A DNA stretch of 40,323 nt from Myxococcota bacterium (GCA_036149055.1 JAYZQJ010000258.1:1-40323), one strand, 5' to 3'; counted from the stretch's first letter, positions 18,101 to 27,279 are shown. A program made the numbers and translations. Notes: a model not told the origin generated them from the letters alone.

Positions 18101-19259
18101 CGGCGGGGCGGGCGCGGCGAGCGAGCTGGAGCGTCTCGTCCGCACCACGAACGACGAGGACGTGCGCCACGCCGCGGTCTGGGCGCTGGGGCAGGCCGGA
18201 GACGCGCGCCACGCGCCGGCGCTCGTCGAGGTGCTGCGCACGCGCGGCGGGCCCACCGCCTGGATCGCCGCCGACGCGCTCGGCCGGCTCGGCGGCGACG
18301 AAGCGCGAGACGCGCTGATCGGCGCGCTCTTCGATCCCGACGGTCAGCTCCGCCGCATGGCCGCGCTCGCGCTCCGGCAGCGCGAGGCCGACGCGCCGGT
18401 CGAGCTGCCCGCGCCCCACGCCTTCGAGCGCACGCGGGACTACGTGCTCCGGGTCGTGCGCCCCGAGCCCGATCCGCCGCCGGTCGACGATCTCACGGCG
18501 TGGGCCCCCGCGATCGAGGAGGCCGCGTCGATGGCCCTCCGCGGGCCGGTCGAGCGGGTCCTGCCCGCCCTCGACGTGCTCGCCGCGCGGCCGCACGGGC
18601 TGTCGCTCGGCGCGCTGACCGCCGATCTCGAGGCGTGGCCGGACGGCGCGCGCACGAACGCGGACGCCGCGCTCCGGTCGATCGGGGTGGGCCTCGTGGA
18701 CGAGCTGGTCGAGGCCGCCTCTCACCTCGACGGGGCCGTCCGGGTCGCCGCGGTGCGCCTGCTGGTCCGCCTCGATCACGAGGACGCGGTCGAGGCGGTG
18801 GCGTCGGCGCTCTCGAGCCCGCCGGCCTCCGTGCAGCGCGCGGCCCTCGAGGCCCTCTCCGAGGCGACGCGGGCGCCGACCGGCGTGGTCGTCGAGCGCC
18901 TCGCGCAGATCGTCCGTGACCACCGCGACTGGTCGATGCGGACCCGCGCGGCCTCGGCCCTCGGGCGCTCCGCGGACGGCTCCGCGCGCGCGGCGCTGCG
19001 GGAGGCGCTGGCGCGCGACCCCTACGCGTTCGTGCGCCAGGCGGCCGCGGGCGCGCTCGCGGGCGGGCTCGAGGCGGAGGACGTGGCGGCGCTCGAGGCG
19101 GCGCTCGACGGCGACGACGAGCCGAGGGTGCGCGCGGCCGCGGCCCGCGCGCTGATCGCGGCGGGGGGCGAGGCCGAGGCCCGAGCCCGGCGTCGGGCGG
19201 CGCGGGATCGGAGCCCTCTGGTGCGCTCGGCGCCGGAGACCGAGCCCGCCATTCGTTGA
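15132..19259 (+). CDS. large exported TPR + HEAT (PBS-lyase-like) repeat protein
   Basis: Signal peptide (VPAAAQ), many TPRs in the N-terminal ~850 aa, HEAT repeats (VRHAAVWALG, VRQAAAGAL) in the C-terminal part; GTG 15132. Confidence 0.85.
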   Translation: MSRGWWIVLLVGSLVLADVPAAAQDDWGLTRQRDRGARDRGRRRPPRRGRPTRRRPPRPSAPAQTPETSESEAPQRTDVLIRRYLGVLERDPRENMAFRRLLDLYRERDGNIDQLVESLTARVTEDDEAYAPRMLLGHIYKAQSRVEEARAAYQRAAELRPGEAAPRVALAQIERAAGRPSEARARYAEALERTRERLARDELLREVAQLALEMEDFDAARGHYEELARGGDGSVYLRAEYARALSAARHWDRAVEEYQRVLRSLRGDNRVLPPVLLELSRAQLERGDPEASIETLDRALRLAGRQAGIRAEIYDQLLTAHRRTDRLPELAERLRREAGRGFEANELLGRIEDELGNDDEALEAYRRALRSRPRDIDTRVRVIQLLSRSGRLDDVIDEYRSLIRQAPREPRFVIELAQLLMQTDRREDALRLLRDTGRRHGRDPILHQQLAELYARWGEEELAAREIELLARIDPRDPVHVIALGASQFDRGEREAALATWRRVLEVERGAEGHATLAQIYGDHDLLPLAIEQWREAVRLAPEDIANVRGLATALERNRQNDDAEAQWRRVLELAGDDRVARREARERIVGIWSRTRQLPTKIRELERRFADDPPDAEAGRFLAEAHRRRGPQHQAQAERVLERIAEIAPGDVESLLALERIRRHRGDLAGAIDVLRRLRDADPRRAAHYLQQMAEHALALYRDEEAVRYAAEAVERNPEDASAHRRLADLYRARQDMPRAIASYQRALELNERLYPVYFELAELFLARGETERADRLYRQVLGITPDDDLVSRAARASIQINLGADTLGELERDLLPLALGHPQRPIFRRMVVELYDAYAGPLVQRARRGGEGAAEAREELRQIGTRGIKPLLEALADVDPSQRRVALDILGDLGNPNAAAPLLAVAENPTLDLGTRLQALRAAGGVADEGQVGRLVALAEGEDRRLSGLAAWSLARLGGAQAERALRRLQRSDDAQVVGYAALGLGLRGGAGAASELERLVRTTNDEDVRHAAVWALGQAGDARHAPALVEVLRTRGGPTAWIAADALGRLGGDEARDALIGALFDPDGQLRRMAALALRQREADAPVELPAPHAFERTRDYVLRVVRPEPDPPPVDDLTAWAPAIEEAASMALRGPVERVLPALDVLAARPHGLSLGALTADLEAWPDGARTNADAALRSIGVGLVDELVEAASHLDGAVRVAAVRLLVRLDHEDAVEAVASALSSPPASVQRAALEALSEATRAPTGVVVERLAQIVRDHRDWSMRTRAASALGRSADGSARAALREALARDPYAFVRQAAAGALAGGLEAEDVAALEAALDGDDEPRVRAAAARALIAAGGEAEARARRRAARDRSPLVRSAPETEPAIR

Positions 19260-19333
19260 CCTCGGCCCCCGGTCTGGCTTAGAAAGGGCCGGAATTCCAC
19301 ACCCCTTCGGTCGGGTCTTGGTAGTCTGTCGCC

Positions 19334-20302
19334 ATGGAAGAGGACATCGGGATTTCGTGTGGCAGCTGCGACACGTTCAGCCCGATGGGCACGGAACGCT
19401 GTCCGCGGTGCGGGCACGACCTCGCCCTCTTCTCGCGACCGAGCCCGCCGCATGGCGAGAGTACGCAGCCCACGGAGGCGGCGCGCGTCGCCGCGCCGTC
19501 CCGGGAGGATGAGATGGAGCAAGCCAGGTTCTACGTCTGCAAGGAGTGCTCGACCCCGGTTCCGTCGGGCCACAAGTTCTGTGGCGCGTGCGGCGCCACC
19601 GTCCCGAAGGACGTGCTCGAGCGGCAGGTCGAGTTCTTCGGGAGCATGCAGGCGCCCGGCAAGGCGCGCCTGATCCTCATCCGCGGCACCGAGGGCGCCG
19701 ACGGCCTCAGCTACCTGCTGCAGGGCACCGAGCACATCGCGGGCACGACCGACGCCCAGATCCCGTTCCCGACCGATCCCTGGATCAGCCCCCGCCACGC
19801 GAACTTCTTCTACCGCGGCGACAAGCTCTTCGTGCGCGACGAGGGCAGCGTCAACGGCGTCTACCTGCGCATCAAGAAGCCGAACCCGCTGAAGCCGGGC
19901 GACCACTTCCTCTGCGGCGAGCAGGTCTTCCGGCTCGAGGCGACCCCCAAGGACACCTCGGGCCCCGACCCGGACCAGACCTACTTCTACTCCTCGCCGA
20001 AGCGCCCCAGCCCGTTCCGCGTGGTGCAGTGCCTCTCCGGCGGTCAGGACGGGATGGTCTACTGCGCCCGCGAGAACTCGGTCCAGATCGGCCGCGAGGA
20101 CAGCGACATGAACTTCCCCGACGACGTCTTCATGTCGGGCAGCCACGCCAAGGTGGAGCTGGCGGGCGACGGCCAGTTCTCGCTGGTCGACCTGAACTCG
20201 CGCAACGGCACCTACATCCGCCTGAGCAAGGAGCGCGAGCTCGGCAACGGCGACTACCTGTTCATCGGCCACCAGCTCCTGCGGGTCGAGCAGACGGTGT
20301 GA
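19334..20302 (+). CDS. zinc-ribbon + tandem FHA domain protein
   Basis: CxxC pairs (CGSC/CPRC, CKEC/CGAC); FHA motifs ISPRHA..GSVNG and IGRE..MSGSHA..NSRNGT. Confidence 0.9.
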   Translation: MEEDIGISCGSCDTFSPMGTERCPRCGHDLALFSRPSPPHGESTQPTEAARVAAPSREDEMEQARFYVCKECSTPVPSGHKFCGACGATVPKDVLERQVEFFGSMQAPGKARLILIRGTEGADGLSYLLQGTEHIAGTTDAQIPFPTDPWISPRHANFFYRGDKLFVRDEGSVNGVYLRIKKPNPLKPGDHFLCGEQVFRLEATPKDTSGPDPDQTYFYSSPKRPSPFRVVQCLSGGQDGMVYCARENSVQIGREDSDMNFPDDVFMSGSHAKVELAGDGQFSLVDLNSRNGTYIRLSKERELGNGDYLFIGHQLLRVEQTV

Positions 20303-20365
20303 GCTCGTCGGGCGGCGGCGGGTCCGCGCGGGACCGCCCCCCTCGCTTCACTGACGCGGGCGGTC

Positions 20366-22009
20366 TCACTGGATGAGCCGCTCGATGATCGCGCGGTCCG
20401 GCGCGTCCGGGGCCAGGCTCAGGTAGCGCCGATAGGCTTCGGCGCCCCGGCGCGTGTCGCCCAGCCGCATGTACGCCCGCCCCAGCTGGCGCTGGACCTG
20501 GGCGTTGCGCGGCTGCGCTCGCGCCGCCCGCTCGAACGCCGCGATCGCGCCCCGCAGATCTCCGCGGCTCATGCGCTCCCGGCCGTCGGCGAAGGGATCG
20601 GTTGCGGCAGGCTCCGAGGTCGGCTCGGTGTCGGGGGGCGGCTCGGTCCCCGCCCTCCGCCCCCGTGAGCCCGTCGGCCCGCGCTCCGAGGCCTCCACGG
20701 CGACCGACTCGGACCCGGACTCGGGCTCGGGCCCGGGCTCGGACTCGGACTCGGCTTCGGACTCGGCTTCGGTCTCGGCTTCGGTCTCGGCTTCGGACTC
20801 GGCTTCGGTCTCGGCTTCGGTCTCGGCTTCGGCTTCGGTCTCGGCTTCGGTCTGAGCCACGTCACCAACGTCCTCTGCGGTCACCTGCCCGTTCGGATTC
20901 GGCCGCGCCCAGAGCCAGATCCCGAACGCGAGCAGCGCCAGAGCGGCGGCGAGCGCGTACAGCCATCCGTGACCCCGGGTGCTCGGCACCACCGCCTGGA
21001 TGGCCTCCTCGGTCGTCGCCTCGCGGCGCGGTGCCTCCTCCTCTTCGTCATCGTCCTCGAGCGCGGCGGCCGCGAAGCTCCCGTGGCCGAGCCGCTCGTC
21101 GGCGCGCTCGCCGAGCTCCTCGATGACCGCCTCGAGCGCCGCTCCCATCTCGGCCGCCGAGCCGTAGCGGTCGTCGGGATCCTTCGAGAGCGCGGTCAGC
21201 GCCACCCGCTCGAGCGCGCGGGGGATCCCCCACGACGGCGCGACCTTTCGGGGCCGCCTGGGCGTCTCCGTGAGGTGCTTGGTGATGATCCCGAGGGCGG
21301 TCTCGGCCTCGAACGGCACCTTCGCGCACAGGAGGTGATAGAGCACCACGCCCGCCGAGTAGAGGTCGGCGCGCGCGTCGATGACGTCCCCGCGGGCCTG
21401 CTCGGGCGCCATGTACTGCGGGGTGCCGCAGACGTAGCCGTCCTTGGTGATCGCGGTGCTCCGGCCCTCCGACTCGGTGATCTTCGCGATGCCGAAGTCG
21501 CAGACCTTCACCCGCAGCCCGCCGCCGCGCTCCTCGATCACCACGAGGTTCTCGGGCTTGAGATCGCGGTGAATGATGCCGGCGTGGTGCGCCTCGTCGA
21601 GGGCGCGCAGCATCTGACCCATGATCTCGCCGATCTGCCTCGGCGTCAGCGGCGCGTCGTGGTCGATCAGCGTCTGGAGATCCTCGCCCTCGAGCAGCTC
21701 CATCGCGATGAACAGGGTGCCGTCGCCGGCTTCTCCGAAGTCGATGATCTGCAGCGAGTTGGGATGCGAGAGCCGGCTCGCCGCCCGGGCCTCGCGGTGG
21801 AAGCGCTTCGCGATCCGCGGGTCGCCGCCCAGATGTCGGTGAAGGACCTTGATGGCCACCGGCTTGCCCAGCGCGACGTGCTCCGCCCGATACACGCGGC
21901 CCATCGCGCCCTCCCCGATCTGCTCCGACAGCGTGAACTTCGCGGCGATCGTCCGGCCGATCCAGGGATCATCGGTCTCGGCTCGCGGCTCGCCGGGGAG
22001 GGTGGTCAT
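20366..22009 (-). CDS. membrane Ser/Thr protein kinase with extracellular acidic linker and C-terminal TPR
   Basis: GEGAMG, VAIK, HRDLKPEN, DFG, GTPQYMAPE; TM WLYALAAALALLAFGIWLW; TPR tail. Start ATG 22009 or GTG 22030. Confidence 0.95.
   Translation of the reverse strand: MTTLPGEPRAETDDPWIGRTIAAKFTLSEQIGEGAMGRVYRAEHVALGKPVAIKVLHRHLGGDPRIAKRFHREARAASRLSHPNSLQIIDFGEAGDGTLFIAMELLEGEDLQTLIDHDAPLTPRQIGEIMGQMLRALDEAHHAGIIHRDLKPENLVVIEERGGGLRVKVCDFGIAKITESEGRSTAITKDGYVCGTPQYMAPEQARGDVIDARADLYSAGVVLYHLLCAKVPFEAETALGIITKHLTETPRRPRKVAPSWGIPRALERVALTALSKDPDDRYGSAAEMGAALEAVIEELGERADERLGHGSFAAAALEDDDEEEEAPRREATTEEAIQAVVPSTRGHGWLYALAAALALLAFGIWLWARPNPNGQVTAEDVGDVAQTEAETEAEAETEAETEAESEAETEAETEAESEAESESEPGPEPESGSESVAVEASERGPTGSRGRRAGTEPPPDTEPTSEPAATDPFADGRERMSRGDLRGAIAAFERAARAQPRNAQVQRQLGRAYMRLGDTRRGAEAYRRYLSLAPDAPDRAIIERLIQ
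20705..20855. repeat. coding 6-nt microsatellite (TCGGCT/TCGGTC/TCGGAC) encoding an (A/T/S)E linker
   Basis: Tandem hexamers within the kinase gene. Confidence 0.85.
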
Positions 22010-22126
22010 GGTGGGTGGGCGTCCGCGCACGGCGTGACGGGGGGCCGCGCGGGGCGACTGCGCCGAAGCGCGGAAAGCATAAGGGATGGGGGGCGGGGCG
22101 AAAAGCCATCGGGCGCCCGGGAATCC

Positions 22127-22156
22127 TTGACCATTCTGCCTCCGGGTCGGTATCGT
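22127..22156 (+). promoter_or_regulatory. sigma70-type promoter
   Basis: TTGACC-N18-TATCGT, then AGAAGGAG SD before GTG 22208. Confidence 0.65.
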
Positions 22157-22207
22157 CCGCTCGGTTTCGCCGTCCCTGCGGCCTCGGCCAACAGAAGGAG
22201 ATCCTCA

Positions 22208-23440
22208 GTGATCGTCTGCCCTCGCTGCGGCAAGGAGAATCAGGACCACTACAAGTTCTGTCTCGGATGCGGAGCCGAGCTGCCTCGGAACGCCGAGCAG
22301 CCGAAGAGCTTCAGCGCTCCGACCCCACCCGGCGGTACGCCCGTCGAGGGAGGGGACGCGCCCGCGCCGGCTCCGCAGTTCGGAGGGGCCGCGGCCCCTG
22401 CACCCGCGCCTGCTCCTGCCCCCGCGCCCGCCCCGGCTCCGGCGGCGGCCGCGCCGGCCCCTGCGCCCGCGCCGTCTCCGGCCCCGGCCCCTGCGCCCGC
22501 GCCGTCTCCGGCGGCGTCGGCCGCGCCGGCTCCTGCGCCCGCCCCTGCCGCCTCTCCCGCGCCCGCGGGCGGTGGCTTCGGCGGCCCTGCGCCGTCTCCC
22601 GCAGGAGGGCCGTCTCCCGCAGGAGGGCCGTCTCCCGCCGGGGGCAACGGCGCACCGGCCCCCGCGGCCGGCGGCGCGCAGATCTCGTGCCCGAAGTGCG
22701 GGACGTCGAACAACAAGAACTTCAAGTTCTGCGGCTCGTGCGGTCACCCGCTCCAGGACGCGGCGCCCGCGCCCGCTCCGGCGGCCCCGGCCCCCGCGCC
22801 CTCGGGAGGCGCCGGCAACGGCACCCTCATCCTGATCCGCCCCGACGGCACCGAAGGCGAGTCGATCGCGATCCAGAGCGGCTCGGTGGTCGGTCGCGAG
22901 ACGATGCCGCAGTTCGGCAGCGACACCTACCTCTCGCCCCGGCACGCCAGCTTCCACTTCATCGGCGGCCGCGTCACCGTGCGCGACGAGGGCAGCCTCA
23001 ACGGCGTCTACCGTCGCATCATGGCGGAGGAGCCGGTCGAGCTCTCGGACGGGACCATCTTCCGCGTCGGCCAGGAGATCATCCGCTTCGAGCGGCTGAG
23101 CGAGCCCCAGGTCGGCCCCGACGGGGTCGAGAAGATGGGCAGCCCGCGCGAGGGCCTCGTCGGCCGCATCTGCCTGGTCACCGGGCGCGAGACCGTGGGC
23201 AACTGCTACGCGGTCCCCGCCGAGGGCCTGCACCTCGGGCGCGAGCGCGGCGACATCCTCTTCCCGGACGACGGCTACGTGTCGGGCCTCCACGCCCGCA
23301 TCCACGCCGAGGGCGGCAAGATCTACCTCACCGACGTCGGCAGCTCGAACGGCACCTTCCTCCGGCTCGAGAGCGACGCCAGCGTCGACTCCGGCTCGAT
23401 GGTCCTGGTCGGCCAGCAGCTGTTCCGCATCGAGTTCTGA
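22208..23440 (+). CDS. zinc-ribbon + Pro/Ala linker + zinc-ribbon + tandem FHA protein
   Basis: CPRC..FCLGCG, (PA)n linker, CPKC..FCGSCG; FHA motifs VGRE..LSPRHA..GSLNG and LGRE..VSGLHA..GSSNGT. Confidence 0.9.
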   Translation: MIVCPRCGKENQDHYKFCLGCGAELPRNAEQPKSFSAPTPPGGTPVEGGDAPAPAPQFGGAAAPAPAPAPAPAPAPAPAAAAPAPAPAPSPAPAPAPAPSPAASAAPAPAPAPAASPAPAGGGFGGPAPSPAGGPSPAGGPSPAGGNGAPAPAAGGAQISCPKCGTSNNKNFKFCGSCGHPLQDAAPAPAPAAPAPAPSGGAGNGTLILIRPDGTEGESIAIQSGSVVGRETMPQFGSDTYLSPRHASFHFIGGRVTVRDEGSLNGVYRRIMAEEPVELSDGTIFRVGQEIIRFERLSEPQVGPDGVEKMGSPREGLVGRICLVTGRETVGNCYAVPAEGLHLGRERGDILFPDDGYVSGLHARIHAEGGKIYLTDVGSSNGTFLRLESDASVDSGSMVLVGQQLFRIEF

Positions 23441-23448
23441 GGCTTGCC

Positions 23449-23705
23449 GGGAGGGGCTTCAGCCCCTCCCCCCCACTGCGCACTCCGGGGCCTCGCTCCG
23501 CTCGGCCCCGACCCCAGCGCGGGGCGCTGGGTCCCCTGCGGCTCGCGCGCGCGCTACGCGCGGCTGGCCGCCCGCTGCCGCGGGATCGAAGGACGTGGGT
23601 GGCGCGTGCGGCGACCTCGCTGCGCTCGTCGCCTGCCGTCGCCTCGGGTCAGTCGTCGCGGAAGCGGGCGGGGGTCCCGGCGCGAGTGTTTGCCACCGCT
23701 CGATC
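23449..23705. repeat. REP-like repeat family R1, preceded by a hairpin (23449-23470)
   Basis: Colinear similarity to the reverse complement of 40045-40290 and to 1-145; lies between convergent genes. Confidence 0.85.
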
Positions 23706-23764
23706 GAACGCGAGAGAGGCGAGGCCTGCGCCTCGCCTCTCTCGAGAGCTCGTCTCGCTACGTG

Positions 23765-24316
23765 TCAGTCACCGGGGCCGGTGGGCATCGGACCGGGGGT
23801 GCCGCCCTCGCGCGGGGGCGGGGTCGGGGGCACGCCGTCACGGCCGTCGTCCTCCGGCGGGCGCGGGCCGGCGATCGGGGGCTCGGGGAGCTCGGTCACG
23901 TCGAGCCGGTCGACGGAGGGGCTGCGGTGATAGTCCTCGGCGGTGCAGCAGTCGGGGCACGTCTCGGGCACGCACTCCATCGTGTTGTGGCAACAGATGT
24001 AGCCCTCGGGGCACCGGTCGTCGCTCTCGGTCTGGCAGCGCATGGGCAGGCGCGGGTTGAACGATCCGTAGTCGACGTCCTCGTTCTCGGTGAAGTCGTC
24101 GTCACGCCCGGGGATGTCGTCCCTCGCGCCCGAGTCCACGCCCGCGTCGAAGGGTCGGTAGGCGGGCGGGACGTCGTCGAACGGATCGAACACGCCCTCG
24201 AGGCGGTCGTCGGTCAGGGGGGCGGCGCCCTCCCCCGTCTCCGCCGCACATCCAGCGACGAAGAGGCAAGAGGCCAGGCTCACCAGGGCTCGGTTCAGCG
24301 TGTGTCGAATGGTCAT
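23765..24316 (-). CDS. hypothetical Cys/Pro-rich acidic lipoprotein
   Basis: AAGGAGAGGAG before ATG; lipobox VAGC; CPEGYICC...CPDCC cluster. Confidence 0.75.
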   Translation of the reverse strand: MTIRHTLNRALVSLASCLFVAGCAAETGEGAAPLTDDRLEGVFDPFDDVPPAYRPFDAGVDSGARDDIPGRDDDFTENEDVDYGSFNPRLPMRCQTESDDRCPEGYICCHNTMECVPETCPDCCTAEDYHRSPSVDRLDVTELPEPPIAGPRPPEDDGRDGVPPTPPPREGGTPGPMPTGPGD

Positions 24317-24340
24317 CTCCTCTCCTTCGGCTTCGGTGTT

Positions 24341-24356
24341 TGCATGGCCCGATCCA
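24341..24356 (-). promoter_or_regulatory. sigma54-like -24/-12 promoter
   Basis: Minus strand TGGATC-N5-ATGCA with correct GG-N10-GC spacing. Confidence 0.4.
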
Positions 24357-24565
24357 GGGGCTCCCAGGCCGAAGGGAGGGCGTCACGGGGCGGAGCGCCG
24401 CACCGGCGAGGCGAACGCGCACGTCACGGTCGAGGGCCCGCGCACCGGCGCGGAGGACGCGCGGTGACCGGAGCGACGCGGCCGCATGCATGCTGTCGTG
24501 TCAGGAGCGCACGGCCGTGTCGATTCCCCACGGGGTGTGCGGGCGGCGCATCGGGCCACAGCGGG

Positions 24566-24581
24566 TGGCACGAGGCTTTCA
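24566..24581 (+). promoter_or_regulatory. sigma54-like promoter for mscS
   Basis: TGGCAC-GAGGC-TTTCA versus consensus TGGCAC-N5-TTGCW (mismatch at the conserved -13 G). Confidence 0.45.
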
Positions 24582-24594
24582 ACGAGCCGGGGCG

Positions 24595-25518
24595 ATGAAC
24601 GAAGCAATCGCTCAAGTGACGGACAAGCTGTCCGCGTGGTGGACGGGGTTCCTGGAGATGCTGCCGAACCTCGGCGTCGCCATCCTCGTCGTGCTCGGCT
24701 TCTGGGGGCTCTCCCGGGTCGTGAAGAACCTGATGGAGAAGGTGCTGCACCGCTCGCCGGTGCACGACACCGCGGTCCCGATCCTGAGCCGCACCTTGTC
24801 GTTCGTCGTCCTGGCGGTCGGCCTCGTGATCGCGCTCGGCATCCTGCAGCTGCAGGAGGCGGCCGCGTCGCTCCTGGCCGGCGCCGGCATCGTCGGCCTC
24901 GCGCTGGGTCTCGCGTTCCAGGACATCGCCGGCAACTACTTCGCCGGCTTCATGCTCTCGTTCCGCCGCCCCATCGCGGTGGGCGACCTGGTCGAGTCGA
25001 ACGGCGTCTTCGGCACCGTCGACGAGATCGAGCTGCGCTCGACCTACATCCGCACGCCCCAGGGGCAGCGGGTGATGATCCCGAACAGCAAGATCTTCAA
25101 CGAGGTGCTGACCAACTACACCGCGGAGCGGGAGCGGCGCGTCGACGTCGCGGTCGGCGTGTCCTACGGCGACGACCTCGAGAAGGCCGAGAAGGTCGCG
25201 ATCGAGGCGGTGGAGAGCCTCTCCGAGCGGCTCGAGAGCAAGCCGGTGCAGCTCTTCTACGAGGGCTTCGGCGGCAGCTCGATCGACTTCCAGATCCGTT
25301 TCTGGGTCGACCACCAGAAGAACTCCGACTTCCTCGCCGCGCGCTCGAACGCGATCAAGGCGATCAAGAAGGCGTTCGACCAGAACGAGATCACGATCCC
25401 CTTCCCCATCCGCACGCTCGACTTCGGCATCGAGGGCGGCGCGACCCTGGCGGAGATGCTCCCCCGGAGCAGCGAGAGCCACGGCACCAACGGGAAGAGC
25501 GCTCCCAGCACCCACTGA
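24595..25518 (+). CDS. mscS: small-conductance mechanosensitive channel (MscS family)
   Basis: Three TM helices, GAGIVGLALGLAFQDIAGNYFAG, IAVGDLV, IPNSKI, IPFP. Confidence 0.95.
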   Translation: MNEAIAQVTDKLSAWWTGFLEMLPNLGVAILVVLGFWGLSRVVKNLMEKVLHRSPVHDTAVPILSRTLSFVVLAVGLVIALGILQLQEAAASLLAGAGIVGLALGLAFQDIAGNYFAGFMLSFRRPIAVGDLVESNGVFGTVDEIELRSTYIRTPQGQRVMIPNSKIFNEVLTNYTAERERRVDVAVGVSYGDDLEKAEKVAIEAVESLSERLESKPVQLFYEGFGGSSIDFQIRFWVDHQKNSDFLAARSNAIKAIKKAFDQNEITIPFPIRTLDFGIEGGATLAEMLPRSSESHGTNGKSAPSTH

Positions 25519-25597
25519 CCGGGGCAGAAGCACACACACGAGGCATCATGCCTCGCATGCGGCCGCGCTCACGCCTCCCGGATCCCCCCGGGGGGCG

Positions 25598-25613
25598 TGG
25601 CACGTTGCGTGCT
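25598..25613 (+). promoter_or_regulatory. sigma54-like promoter for stressosome operon
   Basis: TGGCAC-GTTGC-GTGCT, one mismatch to consensus; perfect palindrome CGAGGCAT-C-ATGCCTCG at 25539-25555 upstream. Confidence 0.6.
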
Positions 25614-25665
25614 GCCCCACGTGCGCCCACATCGTCACCCCACCCTGATGGAGACACGCTCACCG

Positions 25666-26493
25666 ATGACTGACGCCCCCGACACCCTGGCCGCCGCGCT
25701 CGAGGACCGAGACGCCTTGCTCGAAGAGTGGCTCGGCTCGTTGTCCGCCTCCGCCATGCGGAACCAGGTCTCCGACGCCGAGCTCCGGGAGGAGGCCGCG
25801 ACGCTGGTCGACCAGGTCGCCGACGTGGCGCAGGGGGGCGAGGAGGAGTGGGAGGTGCTGCTCGAGGCGATGGACGGGCTCGCCCGGGCGCGCGTCGAGC
25901 AGGGCTTCGACTCCGCAGACACGACCATCTTCGTGCAGGCGCTGCGCACGCCCCTCATCAAGCGCGTGCACGCGGCGGCCGGCGGCGGCGGAGAGGAGGC
26001 GCTGGAGGAGGTCCTCAAGGCGTCCCGGCTCCTCGACCACGTGCTCCGGCGCATGATGGACGCCTACGTGCAGGCGCGGGACGCGGTGATCGCGCAGCAG
26101 CAAGAGGACCTGCTCGAGCTCTCCACCCCGGTGGTCAGCCTCTGGGACGGCGTGCTCGCGCTCCCGCTGGTCGGCACCCTCGACAGCCGCCGCGCGATGG
26201 TGGTCATGGAGTCGCTGCTCGAGCGCATCGCGGAGACCGGCGCGCAGATCTCCATCCTGGACATCACCGGCGTGCCGACCGTGGACACGCTGGTCGCGCA
26301 GCACCTGATGAAGACCGTGACCGCCGCGCGCCTCATGGGCGCCGACTGCATCGTGAGCGGGATCCGCCCCCAGATCGCGCAGACGCTGGTGCAGCTCGGC
26401 GTGAACCTCGGCGACATCGACACCCGCGCCACGCTCGCCGACGCGTTCGCGCACGCGCTCGATCGCCTCGGCCGCGGCCCGGAGGCGGCGTGA
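25666..26493 (+). CDS. rsbR: stressosome RsbR (N-terminal globin-like sensor + STAS)
   Basis: [47 protein letters not shown]. Confidence 0.93.
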   Translation: MTDAPDTLAAALEDRDALLEEWLGSLSASAMRNQVSDAELREEAATLVDQVADVAQGGEEEWEVLLEAMDGLARARVEQGFDSADTTIFVQALRTPLIKRVHAAAGGGGEEALEEVLKASRLLDHVLRRMMDAYVQARDAVIAQQQEDLLELSTPVVSLWDGVLALPLVGTLDSRRAMVVMESLLERIAETGAQISILDITGVPTVDTLVAQHLMKTVTAARLMGADCIVSGIRPQIAQTLVQLGVNLGDIDTRATLADAFAHALDRLGRGPEAA

Positions 26494-26894
26494 GCGACTA
26501 CGGCCCCGAGACCGTGCGCATCCCCATCATGAAGATGGGGCCGACGCTCATGGTGAGCGTGCAGGTCGAGCTGAGCGACGACGTGGTGATGCGGCTGAGC
26601 GAGGAGCTCACCGAGCGCATCGCCGACGAGAGCGCGCGCGGCGTGCTGATCGAGATCTCGGCGCTCGACATCGTCGACTCGTTCGTCGGGCGCGTGCTGA
26701 GCGACCTCGCGAGCGCGGCGAGGCTGCTCGGCGCCCGGGTGGTCGTCGTGGGCATGCAGCCCGCGGTCGCGATCACGCTGGTGGAGCTCGGCCTCTCGCT
26801 CCCCGGCGTCGAGACCGCGCTGAGCATCGAGCAGGGCCTCGAGAAGCTGGGCGTCGAAGCGAGCTGGGGGCACGATGGCCGCGCGAGATCCTGA
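26490..26894 (+). CDS. rsbS: stressosome RsbS (STAS)
   Basis: GTGA overlap with rsb[11 protein letters not shown] (phosphoacceptor Ser), [15 protein letters not shown]. Confidence 0.93.
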   Translation: MSDYGPETVRIPIMKMGPTLMVSVQVELSDDVVMRLSEELTERIADESARGVLIEISALDIVDSFVGRVLSDLASAARLLGARVVVVGMQPAVAITLVELGLSLPGVETALSIEQGLEKLGVEASWGHDGRARS

Positions 26895-27279
26895 GGAGGT
26901 CCGGATCACGCAGGAGTCCGACGTGGTGCTCGTCCGGCGGGCGGTGCGGGAGCGCGCGCGCACGCTGAAGCTGTCTCTCGTCGAGCAGACGAAGCTCGTC
27001 ACCGCCGCGAGCGAGCTGGCGCGGAACGCGCTGGAGCACGCCGGCGGAGGCAAGGCGATCGTCACCACCCTCATCAACGGCACGCGCTCCGGCGTGGAGC
27101 TGGTGTTCGAGGACGAGGGCCCCGGCATCGAAGACGTCGAGACGGCGCTGCGGGACGGCTTCACCACCGGACGCGGCCTCGGCCTCGGCCTCGGGGGCGC
27201 GCGCCGCCTCGTGCACGAGTTCGAGCTGGAGGCGCGCGAGGGGGGCGGGACGCGCATCCGCGTGGTCCGATGGCGGTGA
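26875..27279 (+). CDS. rsbT: stressosome kinase RsbT
   Basis: [34 protein letters not shown]. Confidence 0.93.
   Translation: MAARDPEEVRITQESDVVLVRRAVRERARTLKLSLVEQTKLVTAASELARNALEHAGGGKAIVTTLINGTRSGVELVFEDEGPGIEDVETALRDGFTTGRGLGLGLGGARRLVHEFELEAREGGGTRIRVVRWR

Noticed and set aside
14895..18923. 1342-aa minus-strand ORF
   Set aside because: Antisense shadow of the TPR/HEAT gene.
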